Program-made: the position numbers and the translations under genes
Shown here: one piece after another, positions 12,653 through 31,972 of the stretch
Layout of the letters: each line of letters starts with the position of its first letter
Numbering within the stretch: the stretch's first letter is position 1
Assembly (NCBI RefSeq): GCF_006345805.1
Contig: NC_043000.1
Coordinates: 88,536,001 to 88,600,000, forward strand
DNA: 64,000 nt
Source of the DNA: Octopus sinensis
Lineage: Eukaryota
Direction: 5' to 3'
The notes under the pieces: model-generated
Database searches by the model: none
Told to the model about the DNA's origin: nothing
What the model saw: the letters and a program-made list of their open reading frames with translations, nothing else

Positions 12653-15270
12653 TACGTTACTGGTTTGAGCTTGAGAGTTGTGGACATGCTGGAGTATATC
12701 ATTTATTATACTCACAAAGTTAAACAAACACCTACTAATAATCCCATGCAGTAGAGCTACAATAATTTGGGAGTAAATGTCGTTAATCCTGTTTGAAAAC
12801 CAAGACGCGGATTGATGAAAGAACATGAAAAAAATATCAATATACGAGAAGGAAAAATGGGAAAGTTGATGCAAAAAGTGGAACGAGAAGAAAGAAAAAC
12901 ATGGTTAGAAAACCAAGGATTGCGTCCTCTTTGCCTTTCGGAACAACATAATTAATCAACCTGTTATTGAATAATATAAGATAGAGGAGGTTAAATTTGG
13001 GACACAGCTACTCAGTCTAAAGCGGGTGGTGTTCTCAAGTTTGACAAAAGATATCTTTCCATGTGTTTGCATTTGCTGTTAATTCAAATCTCAAATTATG
13101 TAGTGCGGTGTCATTTTTGGATGGAAACAGAATGTGTGATCTTTCAGCTACATGTGACTTGCATCACCTTCATCCATTTATATATAGATGAGACGTCTCC
13201 ATGATTCTTTACTTGATTGTATGTGGGGTGCAGTTGGCCTTGAGATCCCATATATAGCTAGCCACCTAAGTGTATTTATTTTCTCTCAATGCACCGGAAG
13301 AAAACTGGCAACTTGCATAACGACTTTTAGAATTGGAAGTGCGCTCTTGATAGAGATACACACTGATTCTAAAGGATTGTTTTGGGACACACTTCAATTA
13401 TTGTATCTACGGCATGAAACTATATGTGACTTTTTAAAAAATTCTGTGTATACTAAATCGTATTTATCTCTCACTAGATGGAGTTCATTGTTGTTGATCT
13501 AACTTATATTCGAAACAATAAAAAGTGATCAGACGAAAGAAAGTCGTCCTCAAAATATTTAGTTGGAGTTCGTGTGTATAAGTATTTCACTAGTTTCACA
13601 GAATATATAGCCAAATAAAACATCACATAAGGTATTTCTGTCCCACGCCTACGAAACTTAGTTCAGCTGAACTGTTATACATACATACATACATACGTAC
13701 GTACATACATACATACATACATACATACGTACGTACATACATACATACATACATACATACATACATACATACATACATACATACTCCTACACAACACATA
13801 TATACACACACAATACGTACACATATAGACAGGCATATCTATACACACACACAGGTACACATATAATCTTGCCTCAGCTACATAAAAGTACATAAAATTT
13901 TAAATTATAAAATGTTTGTATACATAAGAACGGGAGAGACAAAATATGAAATCATCAATGAATTTTAAAAAAATGATAAACGACAGCCATCTAACCTGTT
14001 ACGCCCAAATTACACTGGTGCTACTATCTTGCCAACGACGCCATTATATGTCTAGTGAATTGGTATTTGTTTTCCTGAAAATCTGTAACCTGCAAGCTTA
14101 ATGTTCACAAAAATACGATATGAAATACGACGGAGGATGTTAGTAAAGTATTTATCAGAGAACCAGTTTGGCAAGTGAAAATTGAGTCGGCCTAGAGGTC
14201 AAAATGTTAATGGTTCCTACTTCATTGACAGCACAACATTATGACTATATTTGTGGCTAGCCAAGACTATTTAGTTGTAAATTAGTAACATTAATGTACT
14301 AACACGTGTTTTGTGAGACTGAAGTGCTAAGCATAAATCAGTCAATCGATTTCTATCAAATAACAGTTTATTCTACTAATTCATATAAAAATTTGGTGAG
14401 TTCCCAACCAGTTCGATCTTTTTCAAGCATATAAAATTATAAATGAAATTACCAATTATCTATTCAGGTGAAAATGCTGTTGGAGATTTTTAGCCTTATA
14501 CCAGTCTCTTTCTTTTGTGATTAGAAGAAAACATGGTGAATATTGCGATATAGTGATTACTATATGATGTGTATTTATAAGTCATTCAAAAAGTTATGGT
14601 TTTAAATATGATATAATTAAATGCAGGCTAGAATATAATCTCGTCTGCAATCTACTCATGTATACACAGTTTTCGTTGACCGACTAAGATTAGTAATTTC
14701 ACAATAATTACGATTGGTATCTTTAGAGACGAGTATACGTGTCTATTCTGTTTATCTTACGGAGAAAATATTCTATAGAAAAATATGGTCTGTAGTGCTA
14801 TCCATGAAATCTCTTTCAAATTTATTTCTTCAAAAACGTCCATACCTAAGTGTTCTTGAATATATTCCACTTAACAATTGCGACATTTATAGTTGTTTGA
14901 TTAAAAATACTTGAGCAAAATTAAGACTTAGGAATTTAAATAAATTGATTTTCATACCGGAAATTTGACGGAAAACCTGCTAGCTTGTTAGACAGATTTT
15001 TATGTTGACCGTGAAGAATCTGTTTCTTAAATAACGGAGAAGTGGTTTACGGAGCCGAGAGCTTTGGTGATGTCAATTGTAGAATAGTGCGTGAGGGTAA
15101 TGTTATTACTGTTGAAGGCATCATGTTTCATGGGAAAGTAATTAGTAATACAGTAGCTGAGTGTAGTGGTATTAATCATGATGTGATTTGGAAGTGGGAA
15201 CACATGGACATTGATATTATGAATGAGTGTTTTAAAAATACAGTTCTATATTAAAGAGATGAGGAATTAT

Positions 15271-15430
15271 GTACATTATTTACATTATTTACATTTGACG
15301 GATATTTGTCCTCATCTTGTTTGTTGTTAACACAACGTTTCCGCTGCTATACCCTCCAGCATTCATCAGGTGTCTTGGGGAAATTTCGAACCTGGGTTCT
15401 CATTCCTAAGGTATTTTTCGATGTTTGTTG
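15271..15430 (-). mobile_element. 3' body of a short retroposon carrying a hammerhead, with an (aatgtaaat)n-like tail
   Basis: The minus strand starts after a (TAA)n tract, contains the hammerhead at 15329-15374 and ends in repeated aatgtaaat units. Confidence 0.7.
15329..15374 (-). ncRNA. Minimal type I hammerhead ribozyme (GUU site, loopless ACGU stem III)
   Basis: Minus strand: GACAC-CUGAUGA-A-UGCUG GAGGGUAUAG CAGCG-GAAA-CG-UU-GUGUU. Stem I is 5 bp and stem II is 5 bp. Confidence 0.7.
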
Positions 15431-15452
15431 TATTATTATTATTATTATTATT

Positions 15453-21251
<5,799 letters not shown>

Positions 21252-21274
21252 CATTATTATTATTATTGTTATTA

Positions 21275-22450
21275 CTTTTCTTTCTTCTTTCAAATTTGCT
21301 TCCATTTCTTGCCGAGTGTCTTCCCGACTCCTAGGGCAAAGAAACTCATAGTATACATTGGTAGGCCATTAAACCAAACTCAGTAGTTCGTTAATTTTTT
21401 TTTTTTTAAAGTTAAATTAAATTACATGAGCAGCAACAGTTCTCACATCGACAATGCTCTTCTCAATACGTGTGATGTACCAGTTAAGACAATCTTTTGC
21501 ACTTCTTGCAGGGATGGTAAGCCAGGGATCATTCTCATATAATTTTCGGTTCCCTTCTTGATCATTCCTAGTGCTCCTACGATCACTGGTATTGTAACCG
21601 CCTTGAGATGCCACATTTTCTCAATTTCAATGAGAAGGTCTTTATATTTTCTGAGCTTGTCAAACTCTTTCGCTGAGATATTATGATCACAGGGGATGCT
21701 CATGTCGATCAATAAGCAAACTTTATTGTTTTGGTCTTTCACAACAATATCTGGTTTATTGGCCTTGATGGTTCGGTCTGTATGTACTGGAAACTCCCAC
21801 AGAATGGTTACATTTTCTCCTTCAGTTACAGCCTCAGGGTGGTGATTATACCACTTGTCGGCAGTTTTGATATTGTAATGCCGACTTATTAGCCAGTGGA
21901 GATATTGGCCAACTCTGTCATGTCTTAATTTATACTCCACTGGTGCTAAGACTTTACATCCAGAGTTAGGTGGTCCACTGTTTCAATCATGTCGTTGCAG
22001 AATCGGCATTTTGGGTCTGCTCCATTTTTCATCACATTGGCCTGGTAGTTCCGGTTAATAGGCTTTGATCTTGAGCAGCCAGGATGAAACCTTCGCTCTC
22101 TGCTTTTAGCCCTGAGCTCCGTAGCCACTGATGGGTTGCTTCTGGTCAACATCAGCTTGTTTGCTGCGGGTCACATATTTGCCGTGCAGAGCTTTCTCCT
22201 CCACCTATCAGCCAATTGCTCGTGCGCTTTCTTCATTGCCATCATTTCACCTTCTTTGCAACAATAGTTGCCGTACTTCCCTCGGGTTGTTCAGTTTGAG
22301 TATCCTGCACGAGATCAATAGCAAATTTTTTGCTTTCATTATGATAGAATGAAGCTTTCTTTCGTCTCTCGTGATTTTCCACGAGCTTTAGCATCCAGTC
22401 ATTCGATATTTCGAGATATTTGGCCAGTCCAATTGTGGTTGTTTTGTAAG
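21275..22450 (-). mobile_element. 3' part of a second RLE-LINE subfamily (copy C) with an intact endonuclease domain
   Basis: ORF 21443-21940 reads RHDRVGQYLHW..KPDIVV..LIDMSIP..KLRKYKDL..TGTSHVLRRALSM*. Upstream is WLRSSGLKAESEGF and KCRFCNDMIETVDHL. The 3' UTR differs from copies A and B; a (TAA)n tail is present. Confidence 0.9.
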
Positions 22451-22506
22451 CTAGTTCAAACTGGATCAGGCCTCGACCTCCTTGGGCTCTGGGAAGGTAA
22501 GGTAAG

Positions 22507-22574
<68 letters not shown>

Positions 22575-22575
<1 letters not shown>

Positions 22576-22869
22576 TATGTTTGACTTTTGCTTTATATTT
22601 GCACAAGCTGGCTCCAAGTCTCACCCAGAGACCTCAAGAGACAACAAGTTGGAATTTCATGCTGGTGTTATGCCTAGGGTGCCATATATTTGGTTTTGTA
22701 CTTAGTGTTGTACTAGTGAATGCCTAAAAACCATACGAAATTTGTGTGTTTGTTTTAAAACTTGAGATTACAAAGAAAGTATTTTGCGTAGGATATGAGC
22801 AGTTCCCATGAGCACTATCTTTTGAATTTCTGCCATTTTGGGGTTTCCTGGTATCTGAGTTAGGTAGCA
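22575..22869 (-). mobile_element. Short 3' end of a third RLE-LINE subfamily (copy D)
   Basis: The minus strand encodes YLTQIPGNPKMAEIQKIVLMGTAHILRKILSL*, followed by its own 3' UTR, with (TAA)n on both sides. Confidence 0.85.
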
Positions 22870-22969
<100 letters not shown>

Positions 22970-22989
22970 CATCATCATTATCATTAATA

Positions 22990-23033
<44 letters not shown>

Positions 23034-23046
23034 CATTATTATTATT

Positions 23047-23100
23047 CAGGTCACTGCCTGGAATCGAACTCAGAATCTTGGGAATCTTAACCACTACTGC
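23047..23100 (-). mobile_element. tRNA-derived SINE head (Pol III A and B boxes) reading into the (TAA)n tract
   Basis: Minus strand: gtagtggttaaga (A box) ... gagttcgattcc (B box) aggcagtgacctg, then (aat)n. Confidence 0.7.
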
Positions 23101-23605
23101 TCTCGGTCTGCTTAGGAGGTTGCTGTGTCCTAGCATATGTCCTGTTTCTTTTAGTTTTCGTACTTTCCAGTGGTGTCTTCTGTCTATTATTTTAACTTCC
23201 TCTCACAGGGGGAGATGGTCTCCATTTTTCCATATATGATCAGCTATACTGATAAATATATTGTAAAATATTTTTAAAACACATTATTTACATAACTTCA
23301 AATTAATAAACACTCGACGAGCAGATGTCTGATGCAATTTTTGATAGCTTTTGATATATTTCTTCAGAAAGTGGGTCTTTCTAAGTAGCCATCTCAAGTG
23401 ACTAGCTATTGTTCTCTTCCACGGCGAATCTGGGATTTCCTTCTCCCGAAGAGACATAGTAAAGGAAAGTTATAAATTATATAGAGATGATATATACAGA
23501 CCTAAGACATATGAACCACCATTCAAATAAGTACATGTGCTTCACTGTAAAATCGTATTAACATAAAGGTATTGTGACCTTAATCTAAAACATTTCAAAT
23601 TAATA

Positions 23606-23705
23606 NNNNNNNNNNNNNNNNNNNNNNNNNNNNNNNNNNNNNNNNNNNNNNNNNNNNNNNNNNNNNNNNNNNNNNNNNNNNNNNNNNNNNNNNNNNNNNN
23701 NNNNN
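23606..23705. other. Assembly gap (100 N)
   Basis: Seen directly. Confidence 1.
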
Positions 23706-23977
23706 CAGAGACCTCAAGAGACACAAGTTGGAATTTCATGCTGTGTTATGCCTAGGGTGCCATATATTTGGTTTGTACTTAGTGTTGTACTAGTGAATGC
23801 CTAAAACCATACGAAATTTGTGTTTGTTTTAAAACTTGAGATTACAAGAAAGTATTTTGCGTAGATATGAGCAGTTCCCATGAGCACTATCTTTTGAATT
23901 TCTGCCATTTTGGGGTTTCCTGGTATCTGAGTTAGGTAGCAATATTATTATTATTATTATATTATTATTATTATTAT

Positions 23978-24020
<43 letters not shown>

Positions 24021-24064
24021 GATTATTATTATTATTATTATTATCATCATATCATTATAATTAT

Positions 24065-24107
<43 letters not shown>

Positions 24108-24676
24108 TCATTATTATTATTCAGGTCCCTGCCTGGATCGAACTCAAATCTTGGGAATCTTAACCACTACTGCTCTCGGTCTGCTTAGGAGGTTGCTGTG
24201 TCCTAGCATATGTCCTGTTTCTTTTAGTTTTCGTACTTTCTCCAGTGGTGTCTTCTGTCTATTATTTTAACTTCCTCTCACAGGGGGAGATGGTCTCCAT
24301 TTTTCCCATATATGATCAGCTATACTGATAAATATATTGTAATATTTTTAAAACACATTATTTACATAACTTCAAATTAATAAACACTCGACGAGCAGAT
24401 GTCTGATGCAATTTTTGATAGCTTTTGATATATTTCTTCAGAAGTGGGTCTTCTAAGTAGCCATCTCAAGTGACTAGCTATTGTTCTCTTCCACGGCGAA
24501 TCTGGGATTCCTTCTCCCGAAGAGACATAGTAAAGGAAAGTTATAAATTATATAGAGATGATATATACAGACCTAAGACATATGAACCACCATTCAAATA
24601 AGTACATGTGCTTCACTGTAAAATCGTATTAACATAAAGGTATTGTGACCTTAATCTAAAACATTTCAAATTAATA
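23706..24676. repeat. Near-identical copy of 22626-23605 across the gap (probable contig-overlap artefact)
   Basis: The same sequence flanks both sides of the gap; the right copy differs mainly by scattered 1-bp deletions. Confidence 0.85.
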
Positions 24677-25452
24677 TTACGCCTTATATTGGCACAAAAC
24701 ATTGGATCAAATGTAATACAAAAAAATCACAAGAATCACAACATGCAGCGAATGAGTTACACTGAATGTACCAGATGTCAGAGGAACCGAGCCCTAAATA
24801 TGTCTGCCTAATTTTTTCAAACTAAAGAAATATACACTTTAAAAAATCTGGTGAAGTACATCGTCTTTAGGATGACGTAATAAAGTATTTTGTAATCTTG
24901 CTCCTTTTTATTTTGTTTCATCTGCGTAACTACATGCAGGCTTCACCATGAATAATGTAAATTTAGAATTCAAGACAATATACATATACATGGATTTACA
25001 GTGCTGGACTAATTCTCAAGGTTGTAATTTGTGCGTCATTACAAGAAGTACAAGGGATGCTTTAAATTGTTGAATTTTAAAGTTTTTGACAAATACATGC
25101 CGCTCTGAAAAACTGCATTCTGAAATAAAAAATTCCGACCTGGATACAAATCAATCTTCTCAATACAAAATTTTTAGTACTATGTACTGGGCTACAATCT
25201 GCAGCGTGTGAGTTCTCAAGAAAAACTGTAAAGCACTGAGCCCTAACGGGAGAAGTTATACATATTCTTATTATATCATTAATATCATATTAAACATTGT
25301 CATACATATTATATATAAATATAATATATATATTATATATATATATATAGAAATTCGGGGTGAGTACTTGATAATTATAAGCCCTGTGTATCCGTTTGGT
25401 GGTGTAGTGGTGGAGTAAATTGATCAAAATAAAACATGATGCCAAGGATTCA

Positions 25453-25530
25453 GCGGTACATATGTTTCGGGCCTTTATTAGACAGATTTATAACAATACA
25501 TAATGTATGTCTGTGGCCTTCTTCAGCCGC
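25453..25530 (-). ncRNA. Type I hammerhead ribozyme, left arm (GUA site)
   Basis: Exact reverse complement of 28338-28415. Confidence 0.78.
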
Positions 25531-28337
25531 GCACAACAACTTCACAAGGACATGTGTTACATCAAAAATTCTTGGTTGGGGATGCAAATCCTCTCATTCG
25601 CGTACGACATAATGCGGCAACGCATAGAATTGAAGCGTCCATCTCTTCTTCTCTCAATGTAGAATGAGGAAATTTGGATGTTGAAGTAATGTAAATAAAT
25701 TAATAAATAAATACATATATAGACGTGAAGGGACCTGGTAATAAGAGTAAATAGGGGTAAAGATGGAGGGGCGAGAATTCAGGACGAAGGATAAAAATAT
25801 ATAAAAGTGTAAGTATAGAAAAAATAAAAATGTAGAGTATAAATATAAATAAGAGATATAGGAGATATAAAGGGGATATAAAGAATATAAAAAAATATAA
25901 TGAATATAAAAGTATAAAGTTATAAAGTAAAATAGAAGTAGAAATAAAAGTAAAAATAGAAATAAAAATAAAAATAGGAATAAAAATGTATAAAAGATGT
26001 TAAAAAAATATATGGATAAGGGATAGTATAGTGGTTACGGACCAAACATGGTGGTCAGGAAAATGACACAATTTAGTTGTAGAAGTTTTGGGTGTCAAAA
26101 ATCAACAGGGGCGTCTGGGGACCTAGTGTATTGTAAATCAGAGCTGTTGAGCATCTAATTTGGTTCCTTGAATTAAGTGGTCATCTTGTACATCATACCA
26201 GCATGGCTACATACACCCATATACACGCGCACATATACGCGCGCATACACAGCTCCAAGCATATAAGCATACATACGTACTCACGTGTAAACATATACAG
26301 AAACACATATACACCCACACACATGCGCATATATACATACATACAACAGAACATGTGTATATATACACGGACATTATACGTGTACATATATATATATATA
26401 CATATATATACACACACACGCACATACACATATACATATACACATACACATATAAATACATATATGCACATGTATACCTATACATACATACGCATATACA
26501 CACACTCATATATATATACGTACGTCCATCCTTACATGCACATACACAGATGCCCCCACATACCGGTTTAGATATAAGATATTAAAAGATGTATATAAGG
26601 ACGCATGTAAAGAATCACGCACTCACGTCTACACGTACACGCACACACGGCTGTGTATCCATATGTGCGTGTACATATACACTTACATACACACACAGAG
26701 ACATACGCGCGTATAGGTATAGCTATAAGAACTATTCTTATAGTTCTTATAATTTTTATATTTTATTTCTAACTTTTTATATTGTATTTCTTACTTTTTT
26801 TCTAATTTTTTTCTTACCCTCATTCTTACCCCTAACACCGCTTTATATCTCTATATATGTCATTTTTTTTGCTTATCCTTATTTACTTATCTATGGATCC
26901 GCTCTATGATTATAACGTGCGTCCGTGTACGTATGTATACGTATACATATGTGTAAATATGTACGAGTAAACATCTACGTCTGGATGTGCATCCCCGTTA
27001 CTCTTCTTTAATAATTTTCTTTATAATTTTTTAAAATTTCTTACATGTTTTTTTACATGTTTTTTTACATGTTTTCGCAGATTTCTTATATGCATATGTT
27101 TACACATATTTGTATACATCTTTTAATATCTTATAGCTATACCTATACGCGCGTATGTCTCTGTGTGTGTATGTAAGTGTATATGTACACGCACATATGG
27201 ACACACAGCCGTGTGTGCGTGTACGTGTAGACGTGAGTGCGTGATTCTTTACATGCGTCCTTATATACATCTTTTAATATCTTATATCTAAACCTGTATG
27301 TGTGGGCATCTGTGTATGTGCATGTAAGGATGGACGTACGTATATATATATATGAGTGTGTGTATATGCGTATGTATGTATAGGTATACATGTGCATATA
27401 TGTATTTATATGTGTATGTGTATATGTATATGTGTATGTGCGTGTGTGTGTATATATGTATATATATATATGTACACGTATAATGTCCGTGTATATATAC
27501 ACATATTCTGTTGTATGTATGTATATATGCGCATGTGTGTGGGTGTATATGTGTTTCTGTATATGTTTACACGTGAGTCCGTATGTATGCTTATATGCTT
27601 GGAGCTGTGTATGCGCGCGTATATGTGCGCGTGTATATGGGTGTATGTAGCCATGCTGGTATGTATGTACAAGATGACCACTTAATTCAAGGAACCAGAT
27701 TAGATGCTCAACAGCTCTGATTTACAATACACTAGGTCACCAGACGCCCCTGTTGATTTATTGACACCCAAAACTTCTACAACTAAATTGTGTCATTTTC
27801 CTGACCACCATGTTTGGTCCGTAACCACTATACATCCCTTATCCTTATATTTTTTTAACATCTTTTATCATTTTTATTCCTATTTTTATTTTTATTTCTA
27901 TTTTTACTTTTATTTCTACTTCTATTTTTACTTTATAACTTTATACTTTTATATTCATTTATATTTTTTTATATTCTTTATATCCCCTTTATATCTCCTT
28001 ATATCTCTTTATATCTTTATACTCTACATTTTTATATTTTTCTATACTTACACTTTTTATATATTTTTTATCCTTCGTCCTGAATTCTCGCCCCTCCATC
28101 TTTACCCCTATTTACTCTTATTACCAGGTCCCTTCACGTCTATATATGTATTTATTTATTATTTATTTATTTACATTACTTCAACATCCAAATTTCCCTC
28201 ATTCTACATTGAGAGAAGAAAGAGATGGACGCTTCAATTCTATGCTGTTGCCGCATTATGTCGTACGCGAATGAGAGGATTTGCATCCCCACCAAGAATT
28301 TTTGATGTAACACATGTCCTTGTGGAAGTTGTTGTGC

Positions 28338-28415
28338 GCGGCTGAAGAAGGCCACAGACATACATTATGTATTGTTATAAATCTGTCTAATAAAGGCCCG
28401 AAACATATGTACCGC
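28338..28415 (+). ncRNA. Type I hammerhead ribozyme, right arm (GUA site)
   Basis: GCGG-CUGAAGA-A GGCC[41 nt with ACAGA/UCUGU and AUACA/UGUAU pairing]GGCC C-GAAA-C AUAU G-UA-CCGC. Stem III is the palindrome ACAUAUGU. Confidence 0.78.
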
Positions 28416-28452
28416 TGAATCCTTGGCATCATGTTTTTATTTTGATCATTTA

Positions 28453-28660
28453 TATATATATATATATAAATATATATATAGATATATATTATATATATAC
28501 ATATATGTATATATGTATGTATATATATATATATGTATATATATATGTATTTATGTATATATACATATGTGTAAATATGTATGTATATATATAATAAAAT
28601 ATATATTGTGCGTGTGAGTGTATGTATATTTTTGTATATATGCATGTATATATATGTATG

Positions 28661-28700
<40 letters not shown>

Positions 28701-28845
28701 CATGTATATATATATTATATACACACACACACATATATATATATATGTATTTGTGTATATATACATATATGTATATATGTATATATATATATATATATGT
28801 ATATATATGTATTTATGTATATATACATATGTGTAAATATGTATG

Positions 28846-28884
<39 letters not shown>

Positions 28885-28895
28885 TATATATATAA
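28453..28895. repeat. (TA)n-rich low-complexity tract with internal duplications
   Basis: Seen directly. Confidence 0.9.
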
Positions 28896-29648
28896 AGTAT
28901 AAATTGATTTAATGTTTCCTTTAATGTTATTCAACACAATTTTGAGGGGTCATTGTATACTTTTGCAGAATACAAGCTCATTCTTCAATACGGATATTGT
29001 TGACAGTGATTTCGGCCAGTTAAGCTATACACGGACTTCAGTCCGACGAGTTTTTCGAAGTCACAGTCATCAATATTCATACTTAAAAATAAACTACATA
29101 TATACGTGTGTGTGCACGTATGCGCGTATGTGTGTGTGTGTTTTTTGTGTATGTGTCTGTGTGTATACATAGATATATTCATCTTATAGGTTTGGTGATG
29201 AAACTGACAAAACTGAAGTGAAAAAAATCTTAAGTGTAATTTTTCATTAATCAGCTGAAGTAACAGACTGATTCAATGACCAGGCGTTTCATGCATTGTC
29301 ACTTACCATACACACGCACGCACACATACACACACAGTATTGTTATCATCATTATAATACATTTATAATATATCGTATATATATATTATAAATATTATTA
29401 TCATAAAATTATTATTATATTATGTTATACATGACAAACTCACGCACAGACAAAAACACGCTCAAATATTTAAATTAAATGCAACTTCTTTCGTGTAGAA
29501 ATCTTCGTTTTCGCTTTTTTATAATGGTGGGAGTTTTTTTGTGTGTACGCGCTCTGGGGCTTGTGGCTGTTGTTGTGTGGTATATATATATTTTTTCAAG
29601 TAACTATGTATATTCATATACACACTTACATACATAATTGTGTATATA

Positions 29649-29721
<73 letters not shown>

Positions 29722-30163
29722 TATGTATGTATGTATTATATACAGTAGCAAAGTATCTTAAAGACATATTACATTTTATGAAACGTGGCAGGTAGATTTT
29801 CGAAATAAATGCCAGGTGTAATAAATAATGTTTCGAGTATTTTTTTAACACAGTACAAACATATTGAGCTTTCCTAACTTAATGATATTTTCCACTAGTT
29901 CAGTTATGAATTGTGATCGATATGAATATATCATATCCTTCCTGTCATGTCTATTTTCAATAGTATCTATAGCTGGTAATTAATCATCGTTACCACAAGT
30001 ATTGACAGAGACACATATTAAAATTTAAAGATATGTGTGTATGTGTTTGTGTATGTGCGTGTGTGTGGCTATGTGCGTTCGCGTGAGTACCTATGTTCAT
30101 ATGTAATATTATATTGCATATGTATGTATGTATTTCGTATGTTGTATGTCACAAATTTTTGTG

Positions 30164-30197
<34 letters not shown>

Positions 30198-30345
30198 AAC
30201 ATTAGAGAATATGTACAGATTATCTAAAACTTATACGATGTATATTTATGCATATATATATATATATGATATAAATATATATATTTATAAACTATATATA
30301 TATATATATGGTATAATATATATCTATCTATATATGTTATATACA

Positions 30346-30383
<38 letters not shown>

Positions 30384-30404
30384 AAAATAGAGGAAATATA
30401 AATA

Positions 30405-30435
<31 letters not shown>

Positions 30436-30437
30436 TT

Positions 30438-30860
30438 CCTGTATTTTGTCAAATCTTTCCATCCTGCCTCCACTTCTCCTGCACTATCTCTCACACCTCT
30501 GTCACATTTCTTGACATTTCGGTCTGCATTCATCACTCAACTCTTACCACCTCCATCCACTACAAACACGCAGACTCCCACTCATACCTCAAGCTCTCCT
30601 CCTCCCACCCTAAACACACCAAGCTTTCCATCCCCTATTCCAAATTCCACCGTCTACGCTGGCTCTGTAGTGACGACCATGACTTTGGCTCACCACTTCA
30701 TCCTACGTGGATATCCCCTCACCACAATTTTTATTACTCTCTGTGGAAGAGTGTAGGCTCGAAACGTTAAAGACTTTTGCAATTCCCGAGTGTTACACTA
30801 ATACATCTGTTTGTTTGCTACACCATCCCTCTTCGTCTTTTGATTTTTTGAGAATAATCC
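30438..30860 (+). mobile_element. Penelope-like RT fragment fused to a short 3' pseudo-LTR, flanked by (TA)n
   Basis: Translation gives SVTFLDISV..LTTSIHYKHADSHSYLKLSSSHPKHTKLSIPYSKFHRLRWLCS, then HFILRGYP in another frame. This is the C-terminal PLE RT signature. A degenerate hammerhead lies at 30741-30768. Confidence 0.8.
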
Positions 30861-31368
30861 TATATATATATATATATATTGGGATTTTCGGAAAATTCGT
30901 GCCGATTTATAGTAGCTTACCTTTCGACTTATTTAGAACATGGTTGAGTCCATAAAATAGGATGTGACTACACCTCCATTTAGAGCACAGTGTAAGCTAT
31001 CTTTACGTGGAAGAAGGTCTATGTTCCTATAACCTGTGTTAATTATGTAACCCTTTAAAATAGAAGATAAGAAAGTTCATTTTAAAACTAAAACACACAC
31101 ACAAAAAAATGCTAATGTATAATGTGAAATTTCGAAACTTATGTATTCGGAGAAATATAAGAAATTTAAGGAAATTTTATGCAGCATGTGAATTGTATGT
31201 GTATATTATTATGAGAGCTAAGAATAGTATTAAAGAGAATTACAGGAAAAGAAAACCATATTTTAATGCACAGCGTCATACATGTTAAATAATCTATTAC
31301 ATGTATTTTTTTTATTCTTTTGCAATTTCAATGCTACATATTAAGAATTTCGTTTTATACACATTCAC

Positions 31369-31414
<46 letters not shown>

Positions 31415-31436
31415 CACACACACATACACATATATA

Positions 31437-31469
31437 ATGGCGGTAGACGGAAACTGAAATAAGCCCATC

Positions 31470-31516
<47 letters not shown>

Positions 31517-31775
31517 TGTGTGTGTGTGTGTGCGTGCGTGTGTGTGTGTGTGCGTGTGTTTGTGTTTGTTCCTCCCCCCAACATCGCTTAACAATCAATG
31601 ATGGTGTGTTTACGTGCCCGTAACTTAGCGCTTCTGGAAAAGAAACCGATAGGATAAGTACAAAGCTTGCAAAGGATAAGTTCTGGTACCGATTTGATCG
31701 ACAAAAGGCAGTACTCTAACATGGCTGCAGTTAAATGACTGAAACAAATAAAAGAATAAAAGAATAAAAGAATAC
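31437..31775 (+). mobile_element. 5'-truncated, diverged copy of the common SINE
   Basis: ggtagacggaaactgaaa..(TG)n..aacatggctgcagttaaatgactgaaacaaataaaagaataaaag. Confidence 0.8.
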
Positions 31776-31933
31776 ATACATACATATATATAACTGTGTG
31801 TATACAAAATATTCTATAATTATATACATAATTATAATCAGGAGTCAGCTAAGTGCCTCGCCACATACTAAATTAGAAATAGACGCTAATGTCTTTTCAA
31901 CTACTATAAAATTATAAAATTAAATTAAAATTA

Positions 31934-31967
<34 letters not shown>

Positions 31968-31972
<5 letters not shown>

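Larger units (their letters stand above)
25416..28452. mobile_element. Large inverted repeat: arms 25416-26730 and 27129-28452 with a 398 bp spacer; hammerhead-bearing and probably PLE-derived non-autonomous
   Basis: The arms are near-identical reverse complements; for example gtataggtatagctataaga (26711-26730) mirrors 27129-27148. (TA)n lies outside both ends. Confidence 0.85.

Noticed and set aside
15015-15254. 70-80 codon stretch open on both strands (VYGAESFGDVNCRIV...)
   Set aside because: No recognisable domain and no convincing splice sites; it cannot be distinguished from chance without a homology search.
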